Positions 10,247 through 21,056 of a DNA stretch of 64,000 bases are shown here, piece after piece. Source of the stretch: Candidatus Marinacidobacterales bacterium (GTDB taxonomy: Bacteria; Acidobacteriota; Vicinamibacteria; Marinacidobacterales; DATDRI01); the NCBI GenBank assembly GCA_965219415.1, contig CBDCNP010000002.1:4576001-4640000 (forward strand), read 5' to 3'. Below the pieces are notes generated by a model that made no database searches, was not told the DNA's origin, and saw only the letters and a list, made by a program, of their open reading frames with translations. Position numbers and translations under genes: made by a program. Positions within the stretch are counted from its first letter, which is position 1. Each line of letters opens with the position of its first letter.

Positions 10247-10417
10247 GATTTGTGGTCTATTTCAAAAGGGCCGAGTTTTGGCACAGGACGGGTTGCTACG
10301 TTTCTACCATCGGGAAGCCGCATGAGTATTTTGACCTCACGGGAAGCACCGGAAGTTCGCCAATCTCATACAGCTCGAGTTTATGGAAGGGACAGGTCCA
10401 GATACGCTGTTGGTTCG

Positions 10418-12703
10418 TCATCTCAACGTGAGCGTGTAGGCGGTGGGTCCTGGCAGAAGCGGCGTGGGTCGGCCCTCCTCCCAGTCTTCGTGGCCGGCGC
10501 CGTAGAACGGGGAGAGCGGGTGGCCGCTTTGGCCGCCGGGCATGTGGAACAGGCCCTCGTCTTCGCGGCCCGGTGACACCACGAATCGCTCCGAGGCGCC
10601 TTGGGTTCGGCTTTGGACGCGGGGCATGTGGCTGTCGCCTGGCAGTGGCCGGGACGGCATGTCGAGCCAGCGGGAGAGAAACGGGACGGCGCGGCTCAAC
10701 GGGTGGCGGATGTCAGACATTCTCGCGTCGCCCCAGGTTCGCGTTTCCAGGGGCTCGTCCCACTCGGCGACGGTTTGGTCGACGATGGCGTTAATCCATG
10801 TGTTCCAGCTGTCGTAGCTCGACGGCAGCAGGTGCGCGGGTTGTTCGGTCACGAGCTTCCACACTGGTCCCTCCCACTGGCGTTGTGCCCAAATGTCGAA
10901 GCGCAGGTCGGCGGCGCGTACGTTGCGAGTGATCGACGAGAGTACGGCTTCGTACACGGCGAGCCGCAGCTCGCGAACGATGCGGTATCCTGCTGAGTCC
11001 GTGGAAGCGCGCCCGGTCCACTCGTTCTTGATTACGCTTCGGATCGACTCGTCTTCGATGGTGTCGAGAAAGAAGTCGCGCCACGTTCCTATGAAAAGTG
11101 CGCGATCGTCGAGCTGGATAGCGAGCAGGTCTTGCTCGCTCGCCTTGTCGAGAGCAAACAAGTTGTCGCGGATTTGCCGGGCGCGTGCGCCGAGGTCATA
11201 GCCGCCGTCGCCGAGCTTGTCGAGTTTTTCGCCGCCGACCACGCGCGCGTTGGCGGTCCAGATGGCACCGCCTTCGGGATTGCGGATGACGGGATAGTCG
11301 GCGGGGTCGAGCCAGCCGTTCCAGCCGCGCGATCCGTCCGCCCACGACGACGGAAGTCTTCCATCGAAGCCGAATCGTCGCGGGATGCGCCCGGCGATCG
11401 TCCATGCGATCGTGCCCGAGGTGTCGACGCCGACGAAGTTTTGCGGAGGGATCCCGCTTCGTTGCGCGATGGCTAGCGCTTCTTCGAGCGTTTTCGCAGT
11501 TTCGAGCTTGCCAAATGTAACGTTGATGCCGCCAGGCTCATGGGCAATCCATCGTACCGCGCGCGGAGTGCCTTCGTGGTCTTCGTCGAGAACGGGTCCC
11601 CAGATCGTCTCTCGTACGATGAACTTCTCGGGCTCGGCGGCGGCGACGTAGATCGTCTCCTCGTGCACTTCGAAGCTCGTCCAGCCCTCAGCCGTTCGAT
11701 ACGTGTCTGCCTCGTCGGGGTGCATCTCGATCTCCACGAGATCGACCCAATCGCCGTTGGAGTTGGTGAAGGCCCAGGCGACTTTGGTGTTGCTGCCGGC
11801 GACGAGAAACGGAGTGCCTGGGAGGGTGACGCCGACGGCGGTGTTCAACACTGCGCGATACCAGATGTTGGGAACGGCGTGACCGAGATGCATGTCGCTC
11901 GCGAGCAGAGCGCCGCCGTGAGTCGTGCGCACACCGGCGACGGCCCAGTTGTTGCTGCCGAACGTGATCCTCTCACGACGCGATTCGCTGACCGAAACGG
12001 GCTCGGCGCGCAGTGCGGTCGCTGGGATCGGCGGCATCACGATGACGTTGCCTTCGACGGGCGCGTCCCAGTCGGTTCCGATCGGAGACAAAAATGCGGC
12101 GAGATCCGGTGGGAGTACGTCGTGGAGCAAGCCTAGAGTCGATTCGTAGTGGCCGTCGGCGTCGTTGAGCTCGAAATACATCGACGCGATCACGAGGACG
12201 CAGTCTTCGACGACCCACGGCCTTGGCTCTTGTCGCAGCAGCAGGTACTCGAACGGCGAGGCACCCAGTGTTGCGAGACCCGCGTTTACGCCGTCGGTGT
12301 ACGCGTCGAGAAGCGCTCGCTCGGTGTTGCTCGCGGCAGCGACGTTTCTCGCAGCTCGGGCGCGCATGCGGTGCACGCGGTGGGCTCGATCGACCGTGAG
12401 CGCCCCGGCGCCGATGAGTTCGGCGAGTTCGCCCGCGGCGCGCCGCCGCATGAGATCCATTTGAAAGAAACGCTCTTGGCCGTGCACGAACCCGAGCGCG
12501 CGGCTCAAATCGAGGCGACTCTCGGCAGTGATCGTCGGGACGCCGAGCACGTCCCGTTCGACCGTGACCGGTTCCGACAGTCCAGCAAGGGCTACTTCGC
12601 CATCGACATTAGGAAGACTTGCCTTCACCAAGTAAATCGTGAGAATCGCAGCGAGTGCAATTGCGAGTAGGAGGAAAAGCGCGAGTCTCTTCACCCATTT
12701 CAT
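10418..12703 (-). CDS. Penicillin acylase family (Ntn-hydrolase) protein
   Basis: 761 aa; N-terminal membrane anchor; ERFFQMDL; GSNNW autocleavage motif; DMHL; PGGQSG. Confidence 0.95.
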   Translation of the reverse strand: MKWVKRLALFLLLAIALAAILTIYLVKASLPNVDGEVALAGLSEPVTVERDVLGVPTITAESRLDLSRALGFVHGQERFFQMDLMRRRAAGELAELIGAGALTVDRAHRVHRMRARAARNVAAASNTERALLDAYTDGVNAGLATLGASPFEYLLLRQEPRPWVVEDCVLVIASMYFELNDADGHYESTLGLLHDVLPPDLAAFLSPIGTDWDAPVEGNVIVMPPIPATALRAEPVSVSESRRERITFGSNNWAVAGVRTTHGGALLASDMHLGHAVPNIWYRAVLNTAVGVTLPGTPFLVAGSNTKVAWAFTNSNGDWVDLVEIEMHPDEADTYRTAEGWTSFEVHEETIYVAAAEPEKFIVRETIWGPVLDEDHEGTPRAVRWIAHEPGGINVTFGKLETAKTLEEALAIAQRSGIPPQNFVGVDTSGTIAWTIAGRIPRRFGFDGRLPSSWADGSRGWNGWLDPADYPVIRNPEGGAIWTANARVVGGEKLDKLGDGGYDLGARARQIRDNLFALDKASEQDLLAIQLDDRALFIGTWRDFFLDTIEDESIRSVIKNEWTGRASTDSAGYRIVRELRLAVYEAVLSSITRNVRAADLRFDIWAQRQWEGPVWKLVTEQPAHLLPSSYDSWNTWINAIVDQTVAEWDEPLETRTWGDARMSDIRHPLSRAVPFLSRWLDMPSRPLPGDSHMPRVQSRTQGASERFVVSPGREDEGLFHMPGGQSGHPLSPFYGAGHEDWEEGRPTPLLPGPTAYTLTLR

Positions 12704-12825
12704 ATGCTCTGATAGTAGTATTGTCGCCGTTACCGGACAACGCGGGGGAGGTGCTGTGTGGAAGGATTGGTAGGGTTTCTCGCGATCGGCCTCGTCGCCG
12801 GGTGGCTCGCAGCAGGTCAGCTGGT

Positions 12826-13194
12826 TGTGCCTTCTATTTATTTATCCGCGCGCACCAAACTTGAATAATCTCCGGTCTGCCAGCACCATGCCGGCATGAT
12901 TTCGTCGTTGGTTCCCGCTCTCATCTCCGCCTTCAAGGCTCGTCGCGAGCTGGCTCTCGAGAATGTCGCTCTTCGGCAGCAGCTCGCCGTCCTCCGCCGT
13001 TCCGTGAAACGGCCACGGCTCTCGAATGTCGACCGCGTGTTTTGGGTGCTGTTGCGCAGAATCTGGACTGACTGGGAGAGCGTCCTTGTCATCGTGAAAC
13101 CTGAGACGGTCATCCGCTGGCACCGTTGTGGGTTCAGACGATATTGGACTTGGAAGAGCCGACGGCGTAGGCCCGGACGACCAGGCGTCGCTCC
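12826..13194 (+). pseudogene. IS481-like element left end plus transposase 5' fragment
   Basis: End tgtgccttctatttat (also ~16968, and inverted ~37010, ~38898); LALENVALRQQL...PETVIRWHR; cut at a CGT terminus. Confidence 0.8.
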
Positions 13195-13528
13195 CGTCCT
13201 GTGCCAAAATTCGGCTCTTTTGAAATAGACCATCAATCAGCAGCTTAGTGTCTGTGTGTCCCGATGTCGGAAGTTCGGGAATTCGGGGCTGTGATTCTAA
13301 AAAAAGAAGATCGCGTACCGCTGGATCGACTTTTTGCGGAGCACAGGCTCCACCTTGCGAACAGCTTGGCTCGTCTGGGCAAGCTCGACGACCGTAAGCA
13401 GTGATTGCGCCGGCCCGGGGAGTGGTAGTACCATTTTGGGTAGTCTCGAATGAAACACATCAGACTAGTTGGGGCCTTCGTGCCAAAGAAAGATCGGTCG
13501 GAGGAACTGCATCGCCAAGTAAACGAGC

Positions 13529-13994
13529 TGTGCATCGTCAAAACTGCTCCGCCCACGAAATCAAGGACTTACGCTCCGCTTGAATTCCGGGCCGAAGACG
13601 GCGAAACTCCGCCGCTATGCTCAACGTTGTTGTCTTCCTCGTCTCACTTGGCGTCCGTGCCATTCACGTCGTGGTTCTCGGCGCATGTCATCTCATCCGG
13701 CTCGTGCGAGCTTACATCAGCTACTATCATGAGGACCGTTGCCACTTGGGGCTGAACAAGGACACACCGAGCTTGAGAACGGTCACGCACCGACCGTCTC
13801 CTACGGCGAAAGTCGTCGCACTGCCGCGAGTCGGTGGACTGCACCATCGATACGAGTGGCGAGAGGCAGCCTGAGTCAGCTTGGTCGCTCGCGTTACTCG
13901 GCTGGTCGCCGAGAAGTTCGTCCTCAGCACCTTCCCTCGCGCGCTGACCACGCTCTCCAGCATGTGCTCGAGGGCGGTCCGGGCCCTAGAGTCC
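13529..13994 (+). mobile_element. Internally deleted copy of the 349-aa-transposase IS
   Basis: Left end tgtgcatcgtcaaaac, then 5' codons fused to the 3' part (HVVVLGACH...WREAA). Confidence 0.85.
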
Positions 13995-14079
13995 CGTCCT
14001 GTGCCAAAACTCGGCCCTTTTGAAATAGACGATAAATCAGCAGCGTAGTGTCTGTGTTTTCGACCGGCCAGTGAGCGTA

Positions 14080-14315
14080 TTACTTCGGCCAGCGGCCGGA
14101 TACGATCCGGCGCTGTTTGATGCGGGTCGCCTCGACCGTGTAGACCCAGGCGAGTTCCCGGACTCCGTGGACCGTGACGGGCACCAGCACACGGCGGTAC
14201 AAGCTGGAACTGCCTGGACGGAAGCCCTCCAGGCGGTCGATGGCAGGCAGGCGGGATAGTGGGTCGTCGAAGGTGAGAAGCTCCCCGTACACGGCGCCCG
14301 AGGCGCCCACTGTGG
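14080..14315 (-). pseudogene. Gamma-glutamylcyclotransferase-like 3' fragment
   Basis: VYGELLTF...IDRLEGF...YRR...AWVY...SGRW. Confidence 0.75.
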
Positions 14316-15601
14316 TGTGCATCGTCAAAACTGCTCCGCCCACGAAATCAAGGACTTACGCTCCGCTTGAATTCCGGGCCGAAGACGGCGAAACTCCGCC
14401 GCTATGCTCAACGTTGTTGTCTTCCTCGTCTCACTTGGCGTCCGTGCCATTCGGGCGATGTGTCGGCGCCGCGCCGAGCTGGTGTTGGAGAACGTCGCTT
14501 TGCGGCAGCAAGTGACGGCGCTGAAGAAAGAGCGCCCACGCCCACCGCTCGACGACACGGAACGGGCTTTCTGGGTTGCCCTTCGAGGTTCGTGGCCCGT
14601 GTGGGCGAGCCGCCTGCTCATCGTCCACGCGGACACCGTAGCCCGTTGGCATCGCGACCGATTCCGACGGTACTGGGCAAATATCTCGCAGCGCCGCCAT
14701 CCCGGTCGGCCTCGGATTGATGCCGAGATTCGTCGCCTCGTCCGCACGATGGCGCAAGACGGCTGGGGGGCGCCACGCATCCATGCTGAGCTCACCAAGC
14801 TCGGTTTCATCATCTCCGAGAGCACGGTGTCGCGATACCTGCCGCGGCGTCCCGCGGAGCCCGACCAGCTGAAACGATGGATGGCTTTCTTGCGCAACCA
14901 TAAAGACGATATCGCCGCCATGGATCTGTTCACCGTGCCCACCGCGTCGCTCCGGCTGCTGTACGGCTTCTTCGTCATCGAGCACGGTCGCCGGCACATC
15001 GTTCACTTCAACGCCACGTTCCACCCGACGTCTGCTTGGGTTATTCAGCAACTACGCGAGGCGTTTCCCTACGACACCGCTCCGAGATATCTCATCTTCG
15101 ATCGCGACTTCATCTTTAACGCTGCGGTCATCGAGTTCATCAAAGCAACGGGCACAAAACCCGTTCGCACTTCGTTTCGCAGCCCATGGCAAAACGGAAC
15201 CGCGGAGCGGTGGGTCGGCAGCTGCCGTCGCGAGCTCCTTGAGCACGTCGTGGTTCTCGGCGCATGTCATCTCATCCGGTTCGTGCGAGCTTACATCAGC
15301 TACTATCATGAGGACCGTTGCCACTTGGGGCTGAACAAGGACACACCGAGCTTGAGAACGGTCACGCACCGACCGTCCTCCTACGGCGAAAGTAGTCGCA
15401 CTGCCGCGAGTCGGTGGACTGCACCATCGATACGAGTGGCGAGAGGCAGCCTGAGTCAGCTTGGTCGCTCGCGTTACTCGGCTGGTCGCCGAGAAGTTCG
15501 TCCTCAGCACCTTCCCTCGCGCGCTGACCACGCTCTCCAGCATGTGCTCGAGGGCAGTTCGGGCCTAGAGTCCAGTCCCGGACAAATAATGATGATGGAC
15601 A
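14316..15601 (+). mobile_element. IS481-like IS (integrase-core transposase), copy with 3' frameshift
   Basis: Ends TGTGCATCGTCA / TGATGATGGACA; DDE motifs DLFT, DRD, AER; extra C near 15378 relative to other copies; no TSD. Confidence 0.9.
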
Positions 15602-15841
15602 GGCGGCGCCGTTGCCTGGTGTTCCGTTCACCATGGCGGCCAGAGCGCGTCGGGTTGCGGCCGAATGCCCCCCATAGGTCCGGCACTGGCGTTCGTACGC
15701 GAGAACGCGGCACAGGAAAGCGCGTGAGAGCGAACTTGGCGGAGCAGCCTCGAAGGTCTGCTCCCAGACCCGCCGCAGGCTAGGAAGGTCCAAACCGTCC
15801 AGAACGATCCTCCGGCCAACTCTTGTATCCTGCGGCATCAC
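15602..15841 (-). pseudogene. DUF2924-like protein 5' fragment
   Basis: LDLPSLRRVW...PPSSLSRAFLCRVLAYERQ...GG; cut by the IS end. Confidence 0.7.
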
Positions 15842-16285
15842 CGGACGTTCGCTCTTTTGCGCCGTAAAGTCCAGTCCAATGGGCGCTTCCGCGGGTGCGC
15901 AGTTCGCGGCCTGCAGCTCGTCCTGCAGCCGATTTGAGCCAGCCAGCCGTGCGTACCCCAGTGGGCCTGTCGCCCGCCACCCGCAGCCCAGGGGGTCGGA
16001 AGCCAGCCCTGCGGCGCGAAATACCCAGGATTCTGCGCGGATTCCAAGGGCGTCTAAGCTGCTGATTTGTGGTCTATTTCAAAAGGGCCGAGTTTTGGCA
16101 CAGGACGGGGTTGTAGGTCAAGCGGGAGACGGTCAGGAAACGGCCTCTGTTGAAAGGGGTTTGCGCTTCATAATTCAGAGTGTGGTAAACTGTACTTGAC
16201 TTGTCATACCGCTTAGGTGTATAGCTTCCCTTCCGTTTCTAAACAGGAGCCGCTTATGAGTCTTAACCCAATGATTCGAGACGCT

Positions 16286-16867
16286 TTATCTCTTGAATAC
16301 AAACGAAATTATGGGTGTGCTCTCGGGAAGATCGAACTCTCGGATCTCGTGAACTATCCCCCGCTTGCGAGCGAATTCAGCCGTCTTGGTCTGAGCCGCT
16401 ATGAAGAATTTCTCAACCTCTTTTTCGGAAATATCTGTTCGTTCAGTGATGATGCTGCCGATGCGCCGCTGATCAGCAGTAAGCCCGTCCAACATTTCCC
16501 TTAACGCTTTCTCTTCGTATCGACCAGCGGGTCGGTCAAATCCTACGCCATGAAACATGAACGTTGAGTTCGGACAGGCGTACCGAACATCTGCTGCTAG
16601 AAAAATGGCATTTCCTATTGAGTCGACATTACCAATGTTGTGAACGATGAGTTTGAACGGTACTCCTCTCAGAAAGTTGTAGAGTGAAATGCCTTGGGCA
16701 ACATTCCCACCTGGCGTCGAGAATGCAAGATAGACCTCCTTAACCCCTTGCTGGGCCAGGTTGGATAATGCTTGAATCATTACTTCTACGGTTTGGGGCA
16801 CGATCTCCGAAGTGAACATCGCGTAGACAAGTGGAGGAGGCGACGGTGTAGGTGTAGGGCCGTTCAT
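16286..16867 (-). CDS. ClpP-like protease
   Basis: STPGGNV...LYNFL...NVDSIG...FMFHG; standalone, lower GC. Confidence 0.85.
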   Translation of the reverse strand: MNGPTPTPSPPPLVYAMFTSEIVPQTVEVMIQALSNLAQQGVKEVYLAFSTPGGNVAQGISLYNFLRGVPFKLIVHNIGNVDSIGNAIFLAADVRYACPNSTFMFHGVGFDRPAGRYEEKALREMLDGLTADQRRIGSIITERTDISEKEVEKFFIAAQTKTAEFARKRGIVHEIREFDLPESTPIISFVFKR

Positions 16868-17054
16868 TACTGCTTCAAATCCCGATAGCTAAGCCTTTTC
16901 CCGTCCATCCCTCGGACAACCTCGGCCATCTGGTCGATGGTATCAGATTCGCGGACGTTATGCCGCCTGTGCCTTCTATTTATTCATCCGCGCGCCCCGA
17001 ACCTGATCGGTCTCCGATCTTCCGGGACTATGCCTGCATGATTTCGTCGTTTGT

Positions 17055-17110
17055 TGTCAATGACAACCGAAAACTGCACACTTTAGACAACCGGAAACCG
17101 CACACTTTTC
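17055..17110. mobile_element. IS21-like terminal remnant
   Basis: tgtcaatgacaaccgaaaactgcacact followed by a second gacaaccggaaaccgcacact unit. Confidence 0.55.
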
Positions 17111-17302
17111 TAACGGTCCGGAGCGGTGCCGGGGTCCGCGTCGGAGTCGCCGTTCCGCGTTTGGTGCTGGACGCATGGAGCGGAACGACCGAAGGCCGGC
17201 ACCAAACGCATCGGTCGGTTCCCATGGACCGAGTTCACCCCACCACACGCTCGGCAGTCTTGTCGGAGGTGGCTCGCAGCAGGTTCCGGTGTTCTCGCAT
17301 CC

Positions 17303-17604
17303 CGTCCTGTGCCAAAACTCGGCCTTTTGAAACAGGACATCATATCAGCAGCTTAGAGTCTGTGTTTGCGCCCGGGCCAAGGGCCGCAGGCTTTACAATC
17401 GTCTGTCCCGAGGGTGTTATCTTCAGATCCATGATGACCTACCACGCGCAATTCCTACTGCTCGTTGTGGCTGGCTGGGTCAACCGCCAGCAACAGGATG
17501 TGATCGACTACCTGCAAGAGGAGAACCGTGTGCTCCGAACCGGGGCTTCGGGGCAAGCGTCTCAGGCTCTCTGACGACGACCGGCGTAGGCTCGCCGTCA
17601 AGGC
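17303..17604 (+). pseudogene. CGT-ended element: terminus plus transposase 5' fragment
   Basis: cgtcctgtgccaaaac end; AGWVNRQQQDVIDYLQEENRVLR; related fragments at 22441-22710 and 33780-34125. Confidence 0.8.
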
Positions 17605-17812
17605 CGTGAGGTCAAAATACTCATGCGGCTTCCCGATCTTCGATAAGTGCTTCCGCAGTCAAGTGTTGGCGGCCGGCGCGTAACCTGTTCGCGTGCTAGA
17701 GTCTTAGCCTGATTTCGAGAGGCGCAGTTCTTTCGTCAATGCCGGCTGGGCCGAGTTTTGGCACAGGACGGGCTCAATTCCTTAGAAGTTTGACAAGAGC
17801 GGGAGGGAAAAA

Positions 17813-17989
17813 ATGAGTCGCAAGATGGTTTGTAGCGAGTGCGAGTGCGGGGTCGATATCTGCGACGCGCTTTCCGACACCAAGCGGCTGTGCTGCGTCT
17901 GTTGGGCGCTTGAGCAGGAAACCGAGACGCCCTACGAGTCCATGTGCTCGAAGTGCTCCGAGCGCGTGAAAGAATGGAACGGACTATGA
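17813..17989 (+). CDS. Small Cys-rich protein, followed by a truncated ATPase-like start (MRLEVENLMGIEK)
   Basis: 58 aa with CxxC pairs, strong RBS, ATGA overlap with the next ORF, which is cut at 18069. Confidence 0.45.
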   Translation: MSRKMVCSECECGVDICDALSDTKRLCCVCWALEQETETPYESMCSKCSERVKEWNGL

Positions 17990-18130
17990 GGCTTGAGGTC
18001 GAAAACCTGATGGGAATCGAGAAGGTTGAGTTCGACCTTCTCCCGGGCCGGGTGGTCGAACTCGTGGGCGTCCGGTCAAAATACTCGAACGCCCAGCATC
18101 GGGAAGCCGCATGAGTATTTTGACCTCACG

Positions 18131-18356
18131 GCGTGGGCGCTCTTTCTTCAGCGCCGTCACTTGCTGCCGCAAAGCGACGTTCTCCAACACCAGGTCGGCG
18201 CGGCGCCGACACATCGCCCGAATGACACGGACGCCAAGTGAGACGAGGAATACAACAACGTCGAGCATAGCGGCAGAGTTTCGCCGTCTTCGGCCCGGAA
18301 TTCAAGCGGAGCGTAAGTCCTTGATTTCGTGGGCGGAGCAGTTTTGACGATGCACA
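18131..18356 (-). mobile_element. Left-end fragment of the 349-aa-transposase IS
   Basis: Inverted tgtgcatcgtcaaaac end and MLDVVVFLVSLG...; cut by a CGT terminus. Confidence 0.85.
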
Positions 18357-18569
18357 GGTGTTCGAAAGCTGCGTTTCGGGGCCTTGGGCCGTGGCAAGCA
18401 AGGCGGTGCGCGAGTGATCTACTTCTATGGTGGCGAAGACATGCCGGTCTATGCACTTCTCGCCTATGCAAAGTCGGCAAAGACAGACCTGAAACCGCAC
18501 GAGCGGCGAACGGTGTCCGCGCTTGTGGCGGCGATCAAGGCCGCCGGGAAGGAGAAGGAGAAGAAATGA
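18357..18569 (+). pseudogene. RelE/HigB-type toxin 3' fragment
   Basis: VRKLRF...GKQGGARVIYFY...LLAYAKSAKTDL. Confidence 0.8.
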
Positions 18570-18913
18570 GCACGTTCGGAGAGGACTTGATTCAATCGCT
18601 CGAAGAGGCTCTGGCCCATGCAAAGGGCGGAGGTCCCGCCATCGTTCATGCACCCGTAGTGCCACGCGAGGTTCGGAAGCAAGCGAAGCTTACGCAGGCA
18701 CAGATGGCGCTCCTGATGGGCATGAGCCTGTCCGGCTATCGGAAATGGGAGCAGGGCACACGCCGGGTCAGCGGCCCGGCGGCGACGCTCCTGTGCGTGA
18801 TCCAGAAGGAACCCGAGGCCGTCAGGCGCGCGTTGATGCACAGCAGGGGGACACGGACGAACTATACCCCCAAGATTGGAAAAGTCGTCGGGAAATCTCC
18901 AATCCCCAAGTAA
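18566..18913 (+). CDS. XRE-HTH antitoxin
   Basis: MSTFGEDLIQSLEEAL...LTQAQMA...WEQGTRRVSGPA; ATGA overlap with toxin. Confidence 0.85.
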   Translation: MSTFGEDLIQSLEEALAHAKGGGPAIVHAPVVPREVRKQAKLTQAQMALLMGMSLSGYRKWEQGTRRVSGPAATLLCVIQKEPEAVRRALMHSRGTRTNYTPKIGKVVGKSPIPK

Positions 18914-19257
18914 AGGACACGGCAGATCGGTACGAGCATGTCCGACTGATCCTAAGCGGTCAATCCTCTGGCACGGGTGTCGTCTTGCCCTTGATGAACG
19001 CCACCGGAATGGCTATCGAGTTCTATCTCAAGTGCCTTACAGCGAAAATCATTCACGTTCCCGAACAGGATATCTTCAGGACAGGCATCCGCCGTAAATA
19101 CGTCGACTACTATCATTCGTGCCGGACTCATTTGTCGCTTGAGAAGGACGCGCTTGAGCCTCGCCGGGTAGAGTCACCGGCGATGGGCAAAGTCAGTGTT
19201 CTACGCCTGCCACGGAGCCGCCTCACGCTGTCGGAAACGGTATTGCACGGTTTGACC

Positions 19258-20657
19258 GGTGATGTCTTAAGATTCCTGTCAAAGAAAAACGATGTATGGT
19301 TCCCCAAGCTCAAACCCGTCCCCGTCATGGGGACAGAAAAGGAGAACCATACATCATGGGAAAGGTACTACCGAGTCAGCGATTGCTCAAGCAGTTCGAG
19401 GAACAACTGGTATTTGGGGAGATGAATCTCTCGGAGATCGTCCGGTCGGGAGCTCAGATGATGCTTCAATATGCGTTGGAGCGCGAGGTGACGGAGGCGT
19501 TGGGTCGAAACTACTATGAGAACGCTCCGGCAACGACGAAGGAGAAGGGACGACGCAACGGGTATGAGTCGCATCGGGTCCTCACGGGCGAGGGAGCGGT
19601 GACGGTGCAAGTGCCGCGGGTACGAGAAACAGAGAAGGTGTTTCAGTCAAAGATTCTCGACGCCTACGTGAGCCGGACCGAGAAACTCGATGAACTGATC
19701 GCGCGGATGTACGTCCACGGGATGTCGACGCGTGACATTGAGGCGACGTTCGCGGACGTGCTGAGCGGCACGGGTGTCTCGAAGTCGGTGGTGAGCCGGG
19801 TCACACGGTGTCTGTCGGAGGATTTCGAGGCGTTTCGAAAACGGGATCTCTCGAACGAGAAGCTGTTGTATCTCGAGCTCGACGGCACGTACCTGCGCTA
19901 CCACCAAGGAGCGGAGAGGAAAGAGCCCATCCTCGTTGCGACCGGCTATCGCGCTGATGGGACGCGAGTTCTTCTTCATATCGGTGTCGGCAACCGAGAA
20001 TCCTACGAGAACTGGAAGGGGTTCTTGCAGGAGATAGTGGCCCGAGGAATGAGGGAGCCGTTGCTCATCGTGACGGACGGGAATCCTGGAGTGCTCAAAG
20101 CGATCGCAGAGGTCTTCCCTCGAAGCCTCAAGCAACGTTGCCAGAAGCACCGCCTCGAGAACATCCTGGGCAAGGCTCCGAAGGAAGTGCGCGACGAACT
20201 CAAGGCGGCCATCCTTGAGTCGTTCCATGCGAACAGCTACGAGCAAGGGCTGAAGAAGGGTCGGGAGGTGATCGCTCGGTACCGTCAACGATTCCCGAGC
20301 GCGATGAAGTGCATGGAAGAGACCCTCGAAGCATGTCTTCAGGCGCTACGCCTTCCTGCGGCGCATCACAAAAGGCTTCGCACGTCGAATCTACTTGAGC
20401 GCACGTTCGGAGAGCACAAACGTCGCACAAAGGTCATTCCTCACTTCTTCACCGAGGAGGCCGCGATGAAACTCTCGTTCGCTGTGCTCTTGGCCGCCGC
20501 AAACAAATGGCGCGGCGTGAGGATGGATGTCTTCGCCGCTAGGAAAGTCGAGGAGCTTCGCAACGAGCTTCTCCCGCAAGGCACGTCGGAGGAATCAGCA
20601 GCTTAACCGAGCGCGGGGAACCGTACGGAGATTTGACAGGAAAATTAAGACTTGACC
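19258..20657 (+). mobile_element. Complete IS256-family element
   Basis: Transposase ~19356-20606 (LDGTY, TDGNPG, QRCQKH, RTSNLLER); IRs ggtgatgtcttaagattcctgtcaaa / ggtcaagtcttaattttcctgtcaaa; 8-bp TSD GTTTGACC. Confidence 0.95.
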
Positions 20658-21056
20658 GTTTGACCCACCTGTACCTTCTATAGATCCTTCTGCCGAGTGG
20701 ACGGCGCACCAATGGTCAATGCTTTTCCATGGGATACGGCACCTCGGTATCCGGTACGAGATCGAGACCAGACCTACGGAGCGTACTTCGACAGTCGCGT
20801 CGACGGTCTTGGGATGGAGCAGGTCCTTCGTTTGACACGGGATGACACGCCTCACGCTGTCGGAAGCTGCGGCGGCTGATTTATGGTCTATTCTAAAAAG
20901 GCCGAGTTTTAGCACAGGACGCGGTCCCTACCGCGAAGGATCACAGGCCAATGCTCTCGATCCGCCTAACACTTAGCGCGGCTCGTGATCGCTAGCGGGC
21001 ACCTCGCGCGATGTATAGACGGGGGAACGTGGGAGAGAGTATTATTCACTTCCAAA

